Part shown: piece by piece, positions 26,918-41,700 of the stretch
Layout of the letters: the number at the start of each line of letters is the position of its first letter
Numbering within the stretch: position 1 is the stretch's first letter
Assembly: GCA_009914755.4 (NCBI GenBank)
Contig: CP068257.2
Coordinates: forward strand, 13,376,001-13,440,000
Length of the DNA: 64,000 nt
Origin: the human T2T-CHM13v2.0 reference genome, Homo sapiens
Direction: 5' to 3'
Notes under the pieces: model-generated
Database searches by the model: none
Seen by the model: only the letters and a program-made list of their open reading frames with translations
What the model was told of the DNA's origin: nothing
Translations under genes and position numbers: made by a program

Positions 26918-29889
26918 GGCTGCTTTGTGTTCTTATCATTCATGTGTTCACTGGAGTAGCACTTTTAATGTCCTTTAAGAACTTTTCCTTTTACATTCAC
27001 AACTTGGTGAACTGGCACAAGAGGCCTAGCTTTCAGAAGAGCTTGGCTTTTGACATGCCTTCCTCACTGAGCTTAACCTTTTCTAGCTCTTGATTTAAAG
27101 TAAGAGACCTACAACTTTTCCTTGCATTTAAATACTTAGCCATTATAGGGTTATTAATTGGCCTAATTTCAATATTGTTGTGTCTCAAGGAACAGGGAAT
27201 CCCAAGGAAAGGGAGATGAGATGGGGGAACAGCCAGTCTGTAAAGCAGTCAGACCACACTGAACAAGTTCGCCGGCTGATATGGGCACAGTTCATGGTAC
27301 CTCAAAACAATCACAATAGTAACATCAAAGATCACTGATTACAGATCACCATGACACATATAATAATATGAAAAAGTTTTATATATTGTGAGAATTATCA
27401 AAACATGACCACAAAGACACAAACTGAAAACATGCTGTTGAAAAAATGGTACTTGCTCAATGCAGGGCTGCCACAAACCTTCAGTTTGTAAAAAACAAAA
27501 TTATCTTCAAAGAGCAGTAAAGTGAAGCACAATAAAATGAAGTATGCCTACACATCAGCAACACCAAAGCTACCCTACATCATTAACAGGGTATGTCACC
27601 TAAGTGTATAAGTCAAAGATATCTAGAATCTTAACTACAGGCAGGATGTTCCCAAAATCTTAGTCGACAGAAGGCATCTCCTCAAAATAGAGTTTATAAT
27701 CAGACAAAAACAAACAGAACCTGAAGAGACCTCCAGGTGATAAAGGAAAAACAAAAAGCATTATCATTTCCTATTAGGACATTACTTTTTTAGGAGCTAA
27801 ATAAAAACATTACCAAATCATTTTATGTAATAAAATTTAACCTTATTTTGACCTTTCTCATAAAGCAAATAAACCTCTCTATCCAATAAGGTTCCATCTG
27901 AACTATGTAAGATGATAGGCAATACCTTAATTGCATTCATTTACATGACTCTGAAACTATTCTGGGCTGAAGTCACTGACCGCAAGGTCACAGAATACAA
28001 AAAAGTAGAATGTGTGTAATTTACCAAGGAGAAATGATCCACTTAGACAGTGTGGCAGCACCTTTTCCATCCTTCATTAGGGGATACTAAATGCTTAATG
28101 CAATCAACAGGTGTAGACATCTCCATTTAAAATATATCATACAAATACATACACACACACACGTATTCATTTTACAAATATATAAATAACACTAAAATAT
28201 ATATTTGAATAAGTCCATCATATATTATGGCTTTCTTCTTAAAATTAATCTGCCTAAATAAAGAACAATTCTATACCCTAATAGCATTTAGAAGCAAAAT
28301 ACAATATAGGGCCATTATTTTCCCATTGTCTTATAAAATTTCTAACACCTAATATTCAGGTTACAAAGCTATAGTTTTAGGAAAAGAATTTAAAACACAG
28401 GATGCCAAGTATGTTAAGAGTTCTTGCTTTCATTTTTTATAACCTAAACACGAATATATTCAACTAATTTGCTTAGAGAAGCATAGTTTACATGTCTCAA
28501 ATCCAATAATACTATATTAATAAAAGAAAAGAGGTACAATAGATTGACAGATTAACAATCATAGATTACAGGGGATAATGTGTATTCTCCAAAACCTCAA
28601 GAGTATATCAAAACACACACACACAAAAGTTAACCCTACAAATTATTTCCCTTTAGCTTTGTAAAATGCAATTGTAACACAAACAAGGTATTATTGGCAC
28701 TTGAAGTTACTGGAGAAAAGAGAAGGAACTCAAAAGAATAGGATTTAGGGTACTTTTTAAATGTTTATAATATTAGTACATATGCAGACTGTGAAGTATT
28801 TGTTTCAGGTTTAATACAACATCACCAAAAGATTCATTTAAACAGTTTCCACACATTAAATTAGGTAAATCTCTCACATTTAATTTACTATCCAAGCACT
28901 TTTACACTACTCAAGCCAATCTTTTGCAACTTACAAATGATTTAATGAAAAAAAAGCTATGATATTATAAAATTCATGCTTCTTCATTTTCTCTCCCTAT
29001 AGAGAAGGGCAAAACTTTTCTTACGTAAATCTATATTAGATCCAAATCATTTCAAGAGATGCTACTCCACAAAGAACACACAGATGGACATATATTTAAT
29101 TAATATATTCCTAAAAAACTTCAATACATGATGTCACTTTGTCCTTTGTAAATGAGAAATAAAATTTCTCAATGTCTTCTTATAAGTTAAGCCAATTCAC
29201 TTTGGATTAGCTTAGTTTTAAAATAAATGCATACATATACATAATAAAATACTAATTCCTATTGTTATCTACATATAACTTTCAGTGACCACATCTTGGT
29301 ATTTTAATTTTCTTTCTATAAGAAACAATTCAGAGTCAGACATGAAATATATGTGTGTAACTAGGTAACAGGCAATATTTGGTTCCTATTCTTTGACAAG
29401 GATAAGCTATTGAGACCAATCAGAACCTTCCAATGTGTTTCCAATGTTCTTGGCTACATTTCTACTTAAACTCAAACCTCAGGAAGAATATAATCTGTTA
29501 AGATAACTTTTGTTTTTCTCAAACATTCTCTCTCTGCCTATCCCAAAAGAATCAATCAATGCTTTATGTTACTAAGTTCACTGATTATGAGGACAATGTC
29601 TGAAGATTTCATACACATAATATTGGGATCTTCCCTTTCCTTGAATTTCAGAATATGTTGGAGCCAATTTCTATAACCAAAACGTAGTATTTGTGTATCT
29701 TTAAATGAGCTACAATCCAGAACTGAAAATGAACTATACTAATGGCATCGCACTTAACAACTTTCAATGAAGAAAGAAATAGGTTAGAGTCTAAGTTCAA
29801 ACACACTTCAAACTCACGTGACCACAGTAAATCCTACCCTTAAAGCAAGTACATATGTGTGTATTGTTTATGTTTCTTATTTTCTGTAT

Positions 29890-30440
29890 ATTATGATGGT
29901 TTTGACTCCTTTCTGGCTGGGAAGAGATTGCCCCTCTAGGGGCCAGCCAACGCTTAGAGAAGGCAAAGGACTCAGCGTGCCTTTCACATGCAAACTAAAC
30001 AATCCACAGCGATACCTCCTCTACCTGACCCATACACCCAGGAGGCAATATTCCCCTGCCTGGTATCTACCAGGCAAACTAGGGATCACTCTTACAGTTT
30101 AGAGCCTGTATACCTATAACTTATTCAAAGCTACTATTATTACACACCTATAGCTTATTAGTAGTAGTAGCAGTAGCATTTACCTACAGCTAATGCAAAC
30201 TAGCGAATCCTAAACTTGGTTACCCGCCCTGCCTTGCCTTTCCCACAGATACTCCAGAAACGGCTGCAGCCCGGTCTCTCTTCTAGCTCCTGCCCCTTTG
30301 GCCCCTAGACCAACACTGGGGCTTTCTCATGTGGCCCTGAATGGCATGCTGTGCCTCCGAGAACTCATGAGTATAATAAACTTTGTTTTCCTGAGCCCCT
30401 CCTGGGTCTCCTTTTCACATGCACCTGACTGACCACATAA
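29890..30440 (+). mobile_element. Probable ERV solo LTR (family unresolved)
   Basis: GC-richer block ending in the LTR-like R/U5 signature ...gagaactcatgagtataataaactttgttttcctgagcccctcctgggtctcc, a TATA box plus AATAAA. The boundaries are not verified. Confidence 0.35.
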
Positions 30441-33400
30441 AAGAACACAGAACTCTGTGTGTGTGTGCGCGTGTGTGTGTCATTTTCATTTTATTTTCCC
30501 TTGTTCAGGTGGTCAATAAAAAATTATTACACCTTTAAAAAGAGGTACCTAAATAAACAAACCTACCAATTCTGTATGCAAAATTAAATCCTGGACTGGC
30601 AGTGTTGCTCAGATAACACTCAGAAAAGAACAATGTGACTGAAACTGTAAGGAACAGGTCAAAAACACTCCATTTAAAATGTGAACACCTGCTACAGAAT
30701 ATTTTGATTCACAAGTCCATCTAGGAAATATTTTTCTTCCTCCCTCACCTGTTCCCCCACCTATCTTGCATTCAACACCATAAACAGCACTTATCCCCCA
30801 TTATAAAACAGTTGACGGTTAAAACAATGAGCCAACCAAGAAAGTATAATACTCTATAACTGACATTTACTGCATTGGCCTTGGACTTCTAATCTTTACC
30901 AGACGGGCACACAAATCAATCCATCAGCTCATAAAGGTGTGCTTTTTTAACCTCTAAAACAGATGGGATTGGCCAGAAGTGTCTGGCATGTCAAACTGCT
31001 AATCACTGCTGCCCTTTGCACAAAATAACCCACTTAAGTTGAGGCATGGTTGCACTGTAACCGACATTAGTCTGTGGGAAACCCATTTAACTGTCACACA
31101 CTCCTGCCACTCCTGCTCTCCCTTAATTAAGCCTAATGCCTTATGCTTTGACCTTTTGTTCTAGCCTATTAACCCTATCTAGTACAAGTTCAATTATGTT
31201 AAGCTAAAAACTTTGCTGTAAAATATTAAATGCCAAGCTCAAAAAATCATAAGGGACATCCTCTCAGCCCTAAGTTCTATTCACCCTGATACTCAATACA
31301 TTTGAAAGTAAAACCTCACTTTCGAAGTAACGCTGATACTGAAGCAAGGAGATGTTGAATGACTCACCCATTTCATAGCTTTTCCGTGGCAAAGCCTCAC
31401 TAAAACCTATCTAATCCCTAGCTCCAATTCTTTAATCTCCATGGTGCTTCTGATTAATAGTTAAACCACCCGGAAGTATGTTAAGGATACTAACATTTTC
31501 ACCCCGAAGTATTATCCTTCGCCATCCTCTAGAATATGCTATGCAAAGAGGCCTAAAACAAAATAAACTGCGACTTCAGCAGCTGAGAAGTAATGATTCC
31601 TTTCCCCTCCCACACATCAAAACTTCCTATCCTATCCCCTCACTACTTTTTTTCCTTTTTAAAAGTAACAATGGTCATTGAGAACTACTAAATCCTGCAA
31701 CACTCACAAGGTAGTATGTACAACCACAGTTTTCCCCCGCGATACTTCACTGAAGTATTCAATACAGCCAATGACTTAAACTACAGAAGGTAATTACAAC
31801 TTGCTACTTATCCTCACTGGACAAATTCACGCAGCATATCTTTTCAAATACGTCTTTTTTACACCTATATGCATATGAATTGCTGCTCACATTTACCAGA
31901 ATTCCAAAAAACACAATGAAAAACACTTCCTAATTCACTGTAAAATAAAACAAAACGTAGTCCAAAGTAACATGCTATCATTAAAGATAGTTTTACCACA
32001 GTGATGTATACTGTTATTTTTCCTTCCATTTACTTCATACAATTAAAAAAAAGGTTCCTACCACTCTCACTGTGACACATAAACAACTTAAAGATCAGTA
32101 ACATAAAACAAAATTTGAATTTCTGATTGGTATAAAGAAATCCATATTAATTTTAGATTTTCAAAAGATTTAAAGTCAGATTTTAATTTTACTTTTGTTG
32201 ACTGCCCAAAGGCCCATTTTTACCTATTCTCAATATTAACAAATATTGTCAGCTTTTGCCTTTAGCAACCCTAAACTTTACAGTTTTAAAGTAACATGCC
32301 ATTAAACAGAATATACAATGATTTTGCAAAAGCAAGATCGTTTAGAGTACTGCCAAAACAATGAATAATCTCAATGAGATAATTTATTAAAGGAGGAAAA
32401 AAGAGAACGAGAGTTTAAAATTCACAGTGAATGTGTTTGTGTTGTTAGAATGATGCCTGCAAAGGAAAGCATTCCTTGGCATTATCGGGAGGAATACCCA
32501 TGGATGTGTAAAATGTAAAATAAATAGATAGATGTATGGTCAAAGCTAAGCAAACACTTGTATCAGGGGCAACTACCAGGAACTTTAGTTTTATTCACCC
32601 TTTTCATTGCAAAGGATAATAGTGTTAATTTTGATCAGATGTCATGCCTTAGCTACAACTTTTAGTTCATGAAATAAAAATTAAGTTTGGGTGTCTGCTG
32701 AGGAATCCAACAGTGGGAAATTCACACTCACAACTAATTTATAGAAATTCACACATTTCTATAACATACCGACTGACACTAATGAACAATGAGGGAAAAA
32801 ATTGTTCAGGAATTCAGGATAAGTAAGCACTGGAGGAAAGCACACAGTAGAACACAGTGCATAAATAGTAAATGTGCTCATTTTTCTGCCCTTTTACTTC
32901 ATATATTAGTCCATTAGCTTGTTCCTTTTTGCTATGATTTACAAGCAGGTGAATACACAGAAATATGAGCCAAAAGAAATATACTGTCAAATACTCATGA
33001 AGTTACCTTTGTTAAACAAAAAAGAAACAACAAACAACTTTGTCTTCACAAAGCAAGAAACTAGGTTAAAGTTATTTTAAGAGCATCTGTTAAAAATCAG
33101 TGTTATAAATATATATCCATATAATTTATTTTCTATTAGCATTTTAAAATAAATTTCTCGTCTAGAAATCTCTGAGCTCCATTTCAAAATAATTTTATTT
33201 TCTGTCTCTTACCAGCAGTTATTAATGTAGTTGAATATGACTCTTAGAAAAGAGTCAGGAAATTCACCTTCAGTGAAGAGCAAATCCTAATTTTTAAAAC
33301 ATAGATGGGCTTCATATACTACTTAATCCCATAACTTACCAAGTTCTGAATCATCAACTGTTCTTGATACCCTCTTAACTTTTAAGGTTACTGCACACCA

Positions 33401-36400
33401 AAATGAACTCTGGATGTGAAATGTTAAGATTTCCACCTTACCAAGCCGTCAAATCCAAGGCAGTTAAGTGTGCCCAGCTGGCGGGTCCCTTTGACTACAG
33501 GAAGTGATGCTAAGGAAACTGCCTAGTAGGCTCCAGAAATATTTGTATTCATTTCCTTACAAAAAAAATGTTGCCCCCAAAGATTTTGCTAAACGTTTTC
33601 TAATATAATTTGCGTATTACTGAAGAAATGTAATATTACAAAACAAATTATTTCAAGTACCAATTAATTATAATGTCAATAACAGTCAGTTTCACTTTTT
33701 CCCTCATAATTAGTATGCCTGGAAAGAAGAAGATACATTTTAAGGAAAAAATATTGTTCCTTTTAAAAGTCCTAATTTAAACAGACTAAAGAAAAAACGT
33801 GGAAGAGCTTCCATTATTCATAAGTTACACATAATAATTAACAACTGCTATGCATAAATACATAAAGGTTCTACTGCTGTGCCAAATTTTGCCAGTGGTT
33901 GGGACTGGTACAGTTCAATTTAACAAATGCTTATAGACATCCTTCTGTGTGCCAGACACTTACAGGACCAACAGTACACTGATGAATAAGCTCCTATTCA
34001 TGGAGTTCTACCAAGGAAAACAGCTATAACACAAGTTTAACTTTTACAATCAGGGCGTACACAAAACTGTGAAAGAAAATCTGATCTTGTTAGAGGCTTG
34101 GGGACAGAAGTAAGCCTACAAACTCCCTTGCCCACTGTCCCATGAGGGAGAATATTCCTTTCCAATTTGTTTCACCAACATCAGGAACGTGGCCAGTGTG
34201 TGGTCCATGAAAAGGTCTACACATAGGTTTCTTCTCTCTTGCTCTCTTTTCTAGGGGTGTAGACCAACGTGCACTTGGTTCATGGCACATTATCACCACT
34301 GGTCCACACAGTGCCCCCTCATCTTATTTGTTACCTTTCTCAAGAGAATAGAGGAATGGGGTCCATAAACTTTGAGATATGTTTCCAGTTGAACCAACAG
34401 ACCCAACCACCTACATTAATGGTGTTGGAATACTACTCATCAGTAAAAAGTAGAGCTGGCCTGTGAGTGTTCTGGTCAACTAAAGGTATCTGGCTCTCTT
34501 TGTCTGCAAATAAATAGCAAGTCTCCCTACTTCTTTTTAAATAAAATTCCAAATGTACGTAACATGTAAAACAATGCCACTGCATGAACATGTACATAAC
34601 TGTACTATTCTTTTTTTAAATTCTCAGCCTGGAAATTACATTTCAAGTACTAGAATATTCAACAAATCCTAAGACTTTTATGAAGACCATGAGAAGAAAA
34701 TAAGGTACTAGAACAAAAGTGATGCAGCCAGCCAATTCTCGTTTCATGTCTCAAGACCCAGTTCTTATTATTATAGATCCCTTTGTGGGGTTAGCTTGGA
34801 TTTTACTGCGGGATCCATCACCAAAGGTTATTAACTATTCCTTAACACCTGGTACACAAACCCCTCTTTCTGAGACTGCTTTGACAAAAATAAACAAAAA
34901 AGTGTGAAATAAATCAAGATTTGACTGACCATCCTAGGTCTACCCAACTGCTAGCTGAATGACTTTCAAAACGTCTTTAAATTCTTAAGGACTCAATTTC
35001 TTCCTCCGTAAAATGCAGATAGTAACTGTTTTGGGCATTTTAACTTAACAGCAATAACAAAAACTACAGGAAGATAAGTAATTATTGACCCCATTGTATC
35101 ACATGGATCCCCTGGCAATTAAAAAAAAAGATGAATGAGATATTAAGAAATAAAAAGGAAAACAGAGTAAAGACAAAACAGAAATAAAGAAGGAAACCCA
35201 AAAGGAAAGAAAATGGCACATAAGCACTAAATGGTAGCATTTTATCATTATTTTATTTATAGTCTACACTAACTGTGTGCTCTTCCATACAAAAGATGCA
35301 TCTAAAAACTAACTTGTTTGATAAATGGGGGGAGGACAAGGTGCCTCTAAGATAGGTGTGCTTAAATCCAGAGCAGCCGTAGCTTTTATCAAATTCTCTT
35401 CCAACCTGAAAAATCTAACGATTCTATGAAATAACTTCAATTTGTGAAAGCCCAAGCAAAAGAAATTCAAAGTTAAAAAAAAAAAAAAAAGAAAATGTGA
35501 CTTTGACTCAGGTCAGTCAAGTATTACCAGGATAGATAAAAGTAGATTTTTAGCAATACAGTTAACAATGGGTCTTGCCACAATAATAGCAAACATCCAG
35601 ATATTGGAAAGGAATCAGATGGTAAATTTAAAAAAGACTGTTTTCAATCCTTATATTTGGCTTCACATAGATTCAGTGTATTTTAATTCATTTTTTTTTA
35701 AAAAGCATGGATCAGTTAAGGAAATAATATAAGTTCATTCTGATCTTTAGGAAGACATTCTTCCCCCCATATTGTTCACTTTGACAATTTCTCTTTTTTC
35801 TTATTTGGCCAAAATATAACGTATTCTCTAAACAAAACACAGATGTTTCCTTTGCAGCTTTTATACAAATCTCTTGCTTTTCCAACATGATTTGGCAACT
35901 CAAAATCCAAAGCACCCTAGAAAATATTATGTTTACACGTCTTATTATTCATCTTTGTGTCTCCAATATAGTTTCAATTTGACTATACCTTTCAGTGTAT
36001 AGGGAACCACTCAGCTTGAATCTTTTAGGTTCAAAAATTCCATAAATTTTAAATGAGGCAAGTAAAAGGAGGTGGAGAAGCTCATAACTCCATTTCTTAT
36101 GGCTTTAACAATAAAAGAACGTACCTGGTATGTACTTAAAAATGTACTATGTGCCACAAAGCTCCCCCACTCAACAATCTCCCTCCTGACACAGTCTACC
36201 CTCAAAATAAAGTCAACTACTCCTCATCTCTCTGCTTCCACTTCCTTCCAATTCACAAATACATTGTTAATTTCCTCTTTGCATTTCAGAGAGCAGTTTA
36301 TCAGCACAGGATAGTCTTTAACAAAATTGTTGTGAGTGAAGATAGGGTAATTAAAAAAAAAATCATGTTAAGAACTGTTAATAGTCAAGAGTTGTAACTT

Positions 36401-36904
36401 TTCAACCAGGAAGAGCTATGGTTCTGAATTTGCTACAACTGCTCCTTGAAGTGGACAAACATAACTAGCCTTGGGAACACTCAGTTTAAGACCATGACAA
36501 GCTATTTCAATGAATTATATAAAGAAACATAGTTGCTTTCACTGCCTCAAATAACACCGCAGTAATTCTGTGATACACTTCAGAAGAGTTAGCACTGGAG
36601 GGAAAAGAGCCTGTGCGGCAGCCCTTGGTGACTACATTTCCCTCCAGCGCAATGCAGGTAGCAGGACATCAGCGCTTTGAGAACTAGCATAAGCTGCTGC
36701 AGAATCATCGACTGGCAACAATGTGCCTTCCCAGAGAGCCTGGTCTTGGAGAATCCAGGCTATGAGGCTTGCAAATGCTGCATGAGTTTTATGGCTACCA
36801 GGTTGGGAGCAAGGTTTTTTAACGGCTTCCTGAATGTCAGATGGCAACTGGTTTTTTCTTCAAACAATGGCATATTCTTTAAGAAAATCAAATTATCAAT
36901 GAAA

Positions 36905-37080
36905 TTTGCCATGTGACCACAGGCAAGTTAACTATTCTTGCATTTTTCAGACTAGGTTTCCTTATCTCTAAACTAGAGAAAATGATACCTACATGTCACA
37001 GGGGAACTGGAAGGATTAAAAGACAAAATGTGTGTAAAGCTTCCAGCACAATGTCTGGCACAAAACGGTTGCCCCAAAAA
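36905..37080 (+). mobile_element. MIR SINE
   Basis: gccatgtgaccacaggcaagttaactattcttgcatttttcagactaggtttccttatctctaaactagagaaaatgatacctacatgtcacaggggaactggaaggattaaaagacaaaatgtgtgtaaagcttccagcacaatgtctggcacaaaacggttgcc is colinear with the MIR core and tail consensus. Confidence 0.8.
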
Positions 37081-38699
37081 GTTCAATACTCTTCCTTTCC
37101 CTGCTCCCCCTCCCAACAAAACAGGAAAAGGCAACAGCCAAGTAACTAAACAACTTCTTAATATTCCAAGTTTCTACCCAATCATCTCTTCTTCTTTTAA
37201 AACCACAGGCTTGAAATCTTTACTGTTTACTGTCAACAACGGCATATACTGCTGTACAGTCAGAATTTTAGAATTTAGAAATCAAATATAACCCCCTTAT
37301 TCAACAGATGCTGCCGGGGGAGATAAAAGGGCTTTCCTTTTATCTGTATCATCTTGATTTAGTAGCAGAACCTAAACTCGAAAAATAAACGTGGAATAAC
37401 AGGAATACTATTTTTTAACATGTTTTTCAAAAATCAAACCTGAGCCTACATAACCCATTGTGCAAACAGTCCCTTTAGGAGAAAAACTGCAACTGTGATT
37501 AATTTCTCTCAAGAATATTTATTTCCCATTTGGAGAGTTTCACATGTTTCCAAACATATTTTCTTGATGTCCTCCATGTCATTGTGTATTCTCTCCTTCC
37601 CTTAATTTGTTTCTTTTCCAGTGTATAAATCTATTGCTCTATTATAGATTATTATAATATAAACTCATAAATTCAGGAATTTAAAAAAAATCTTTAAAAG
37701 CATGCTTCTCAGAAATCATTACACTCTGTTAAACACTTGCTATCTCTCAACTTCTAGATAGATTCCTCAAGAGAGAAGTCCTTTTTTCATTCTGAACTTC
37801 TAATTCTCAAATTTTGATTGTGTCCTGTTAGTTACCAAACACACCATTATACTACTACTCTCATTTCAATATTGTACATAAACGATTCCCCATCTTACTA
37901 ATGAAATGCTTTTTTAAAGCAGTAACATATTTAACATGTGCACATGTTATGAAGAGTATAGGCAAACTCAACTATTAAAAACATGTAACTATAAGGAAAG
38001 CCATCTTAGACACTATATGTGACTACAGCTAAGCTTTTCTCTTAAGTATCTAAAGCAAATCACCAGACTTTTACATAGTACCCTCACATAGCTAGATAAG
38101 AAAGTAAAAGTAAAATAATGAAAGCAGACTCTAAACAGCAGAAGCTCCAAACTCCTTAGTTTCTCTGTTGTGCTCAATCCTTTAGCAAATTACAGGCCTG
38201 AAAACAAGGAGTAGCTCTATCACTTAACAAGTGACTAAGGAATGACTTTGTTAATTAGAAGTCCAAGGGTGAGAGGCTCCTTTCCACCAAAGCTCTGAAT
38301 AAACATCAACATCAGGTCAACCAGAGTTGTCTTGGTCCCAGGAGTAGCTTAAGCGGATGACTCAAATTCCCAGCAGAATTCTAGTTTAATATTTATTGGA
38401 ACTCCGAGCTTAGTCACACAGTGACTTGGAATTTAAGACACATGGGGTCTCTTCTTTCCATCCTTAAAGATATTTTTGCTAAGTGACACAAAGTTAAAGA
38501 GGCAAGATGGGTTTTAATTTAGAGTTTTTATTCCCTGAGGTGTAAGAAATTAAAATTTTATTTTCTGGGGAGAGTGAACCATACTAGCTCTGAATTTCAA
38601 ACACAACTATTAACCCTGTCAGATAATTCTATTATCAAGTTTTACAAAACTGTTTACTATTATTATTTTTTTTTGCTACCCCAGCCCTATGTATTGAAA

Positions 38700-38756
38700 G
38701 TGGAAAGAAGGAAGGGAGGGAAGGAGGGAAGGAGAGAGGGAGAATGGATGAATGGA
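38700..38756. repeat. Purine-rich (GGAA/GGGA)n low-complexity tract
   Basis: gtggaaagaaggaagggagggaaggagggaaggagagagggagaatggatgaatggatg. Confidence 0.8.
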
Positions 38757-41700
38757 TGTATGTCACAATCACCTTTCTAGCCAAAACTGCAACATATGCT
38801 GGAGTTCTTGAAATTATTTCAACCAAAAAAAGAATCACAGGACTCATAATTTGTTTAGCAGGTAATTATTTGCCCCATTATCTTCAAGAACAATCTATCT
38901 TAAAACTGTGTATAGCTTTTTAAGAAATCTTAATACTAAGAGGATCCTTTTTTTCATAACCCCAAAGAGTGTTTTCTTCCTCTATTTTTGAATTGCCAGC
39001 CTTCTCAATTCTTTAAATCTGATTCACATTATACTACTTTTAGAGTTCTAGGCTAAATGTTTATCCATAGCATGATTCAAGGTATTAATTTCAACAAAAT
39101 ACTAATATAATGATAAAATGTATCACATTTATTTTCAACTCTTTCCTATTCTTCTGATTTAAGAACTTAAAGAAAAATATTTTATGTTTCGGGTGCATTT
39201 TGATAAGCTAAAATACCACAACTTTTGTAATTCTTCATTTGTAATATTTGCAAGATAGTGTAGGGATCAATTTGAATTTCAAGGTTCATGATATAGAGTA
39301 TGTACCATAACAGTGAGAAAAGTTAGTATAAATTCCTACTCATCTCAGTTTCTATATTTATTGCAACAAATTAAAACTGCATTTCATAACTCGTAGTAAA
39401 ACAAAAGGAAAGTTCTGTTTTAAATAAACTCCAACCTTCAGAATCCTATACATTCAGTATCCATCAACCTGAACACTAAATTTCAAGAAAAAACAACAGA
39501 TGGGCATCCATATAATAGTTTGCAAAGAAACCCTGATAAGACTTCAGGAGTTTCTGTGGTCTCTATTTTCCCCCTACCATGAATCATAGGTAATGTGCTT
39601 AAATAAAGCATTATTTCTGCAGTTATTTACATGTTTATCTTTATCAGAGATCCTATAAAAGAATTATCCAGTTCACCACCCAAACTTTAGCACTCAGAAC
39701 ACGGTTTTCCCTGTTGATGAAGACCCTTGTAAAATTCCAGATCTTAAAAGATTAAAGAAAATGTGATCTAATATTAATTCATTTTCCTCCAAAGTATAAC
39801 TCCTGATTCCATGCTGGTACCCAATTTTGATCCTCTACTTTAAAGATATCTCAGAGACATTCAAAACAAAGTGTGAACATGCACAAAAGGGGAACTTGTC
39901 GTTTCTCTCCCTCAAACAACCACTATTTATATAATATTGCTGGCCTCCTAAAAGAGAATAGAATCCATTACCATCAGCAATTCATGTCTCTGCTTCAGCA
40001 TCAGATGCAAACAGGATACAGAAACTAGATCTCTCTCCTCCATTTACTTTTTGTTCATTCCAACCTCTCGACATAATCTTCAGTTCCATTCCAATGGCCT
40101 GTTTCACCATCTGACACTCCTGGTTTTTACCTTCTCAAGTCTTAGTGGCCATAGTGGTGTTACATTTCTCTAATTGTTGTGTTATCTAAATACTACAGGA
40201 TGAGCCTGCTCATTCCCCCTCCCCCAAAAGTCCCTGAAAAAACTACAACTTAAGGAAATGCAACTTGAACCTTTTTAGTTCACAGATTCAAACTCATATC
40301 CTGCAAGACCCTAGCATATCTTGTTGAAAATTTTCTTTGACTTTTCAACAGTAGTCAAGATTATTTTAATGAAAATATTTCTCCAGTTGGAAGACATGGG
40401 TATACAGGACTTTGCTAGAACGGCAAATGCTTTTTCCCAGTCTTCATCCGTGTAACAGTAAATCATTATTAAACAAACACACAGAACAAAACCCACTCTG
40501 ATTGTGTATCAATCACCTGAAGGGGCAGAAGGGAAAAGTACAAGAGTGAAGAAACTTCTCCCCACCCACAGCCAAGAAGGAACGCTGCAACTAAGGCAGT
40601 TTTTCATGGAAGAAAATATCCAAAGATCTAGACAGTGTTTATTTTAGAAAAGGGGAAGAGAGCAAGGGAGGGAGGGAAATGGTAGGGAAGGGACTACCAT
40701 TTCCTCTTACTAACCTACATTAAAAACTAATTGTATCAAGCAATCTCAAATGCGAAAAGCAAAACTGACCCTAGCACAATTTAAAGTGAATAATGTTTTC
40801 CTTGACAAAAATTCGGTATTTTAAACTCATTCTGAGCAAAATTATCTTTTAACCTGATACACCAAACTATTACTGCTTTTCCCAAACAACAGTTAGAACA
40901 TGAGCTTTTGAGTTTCTTACATTCTTTACGTTTTAAAATTAAAAGCCAAATTCCTTTAACCTCATATATCCTAAGCCACTCTGATTTAAAATTACTTCTA
41001 TGTCATTGTCTTCTAGCATTGGTCTGCAATAGAATCTGTGCAATTAACAATAATCTTCTTCCCTCTGATCTTTCTAGAGTCAAGGATGGCATATCTCCTT
41101 ATCTTATTTGTTCCATTAGATTGGCATATTTTGCCTCATCTGTCACCTTCTATCAAACTCTGCTTTCAGATATGCGTTAATTCATTTTTAGTTGTCCTCA
41201 ATGTTCTAAAATAGTGATGTTTGACAGAATTAATACAGTGCTCTAGTTCTTTCTGTTCAACTGGTATTTAATTAAAGATCTTGGAGGCCATCTTTCTCTC
41301 AGGCTACACCACTTAAAGGAGGAACATTACTTCTTCCATGGACAATGTGATAAGCCACATGGCAACAAAGCTGCCTCCCTAAGGTCTCTCATTTAATAGA
41401 CTGCTTTACCACATATAAACTACCAGCAAAACAGATTATCACTTTAATTCACATTGATTTTACTCTTCATATCTCTGAATCACAACTCTGTCATGGGCTG
41501 CGTTCTCTCTTAACTTCTGAATTTCCAGAATTTCTGTAGTTGTAATGCTCTCCTGTATTTTTGCTTTTGTTTCATCTGGACTTCAAAAAGTTCTAATGGC
41601 ATCTGATTGGGAAGATTTCTTGAATCTCTGATAACAACGCAGAAGTCTTTAAGCAATCAGAACTGCCTTGGCGCACAAACTGAAAACTCCGTTTTAAAAT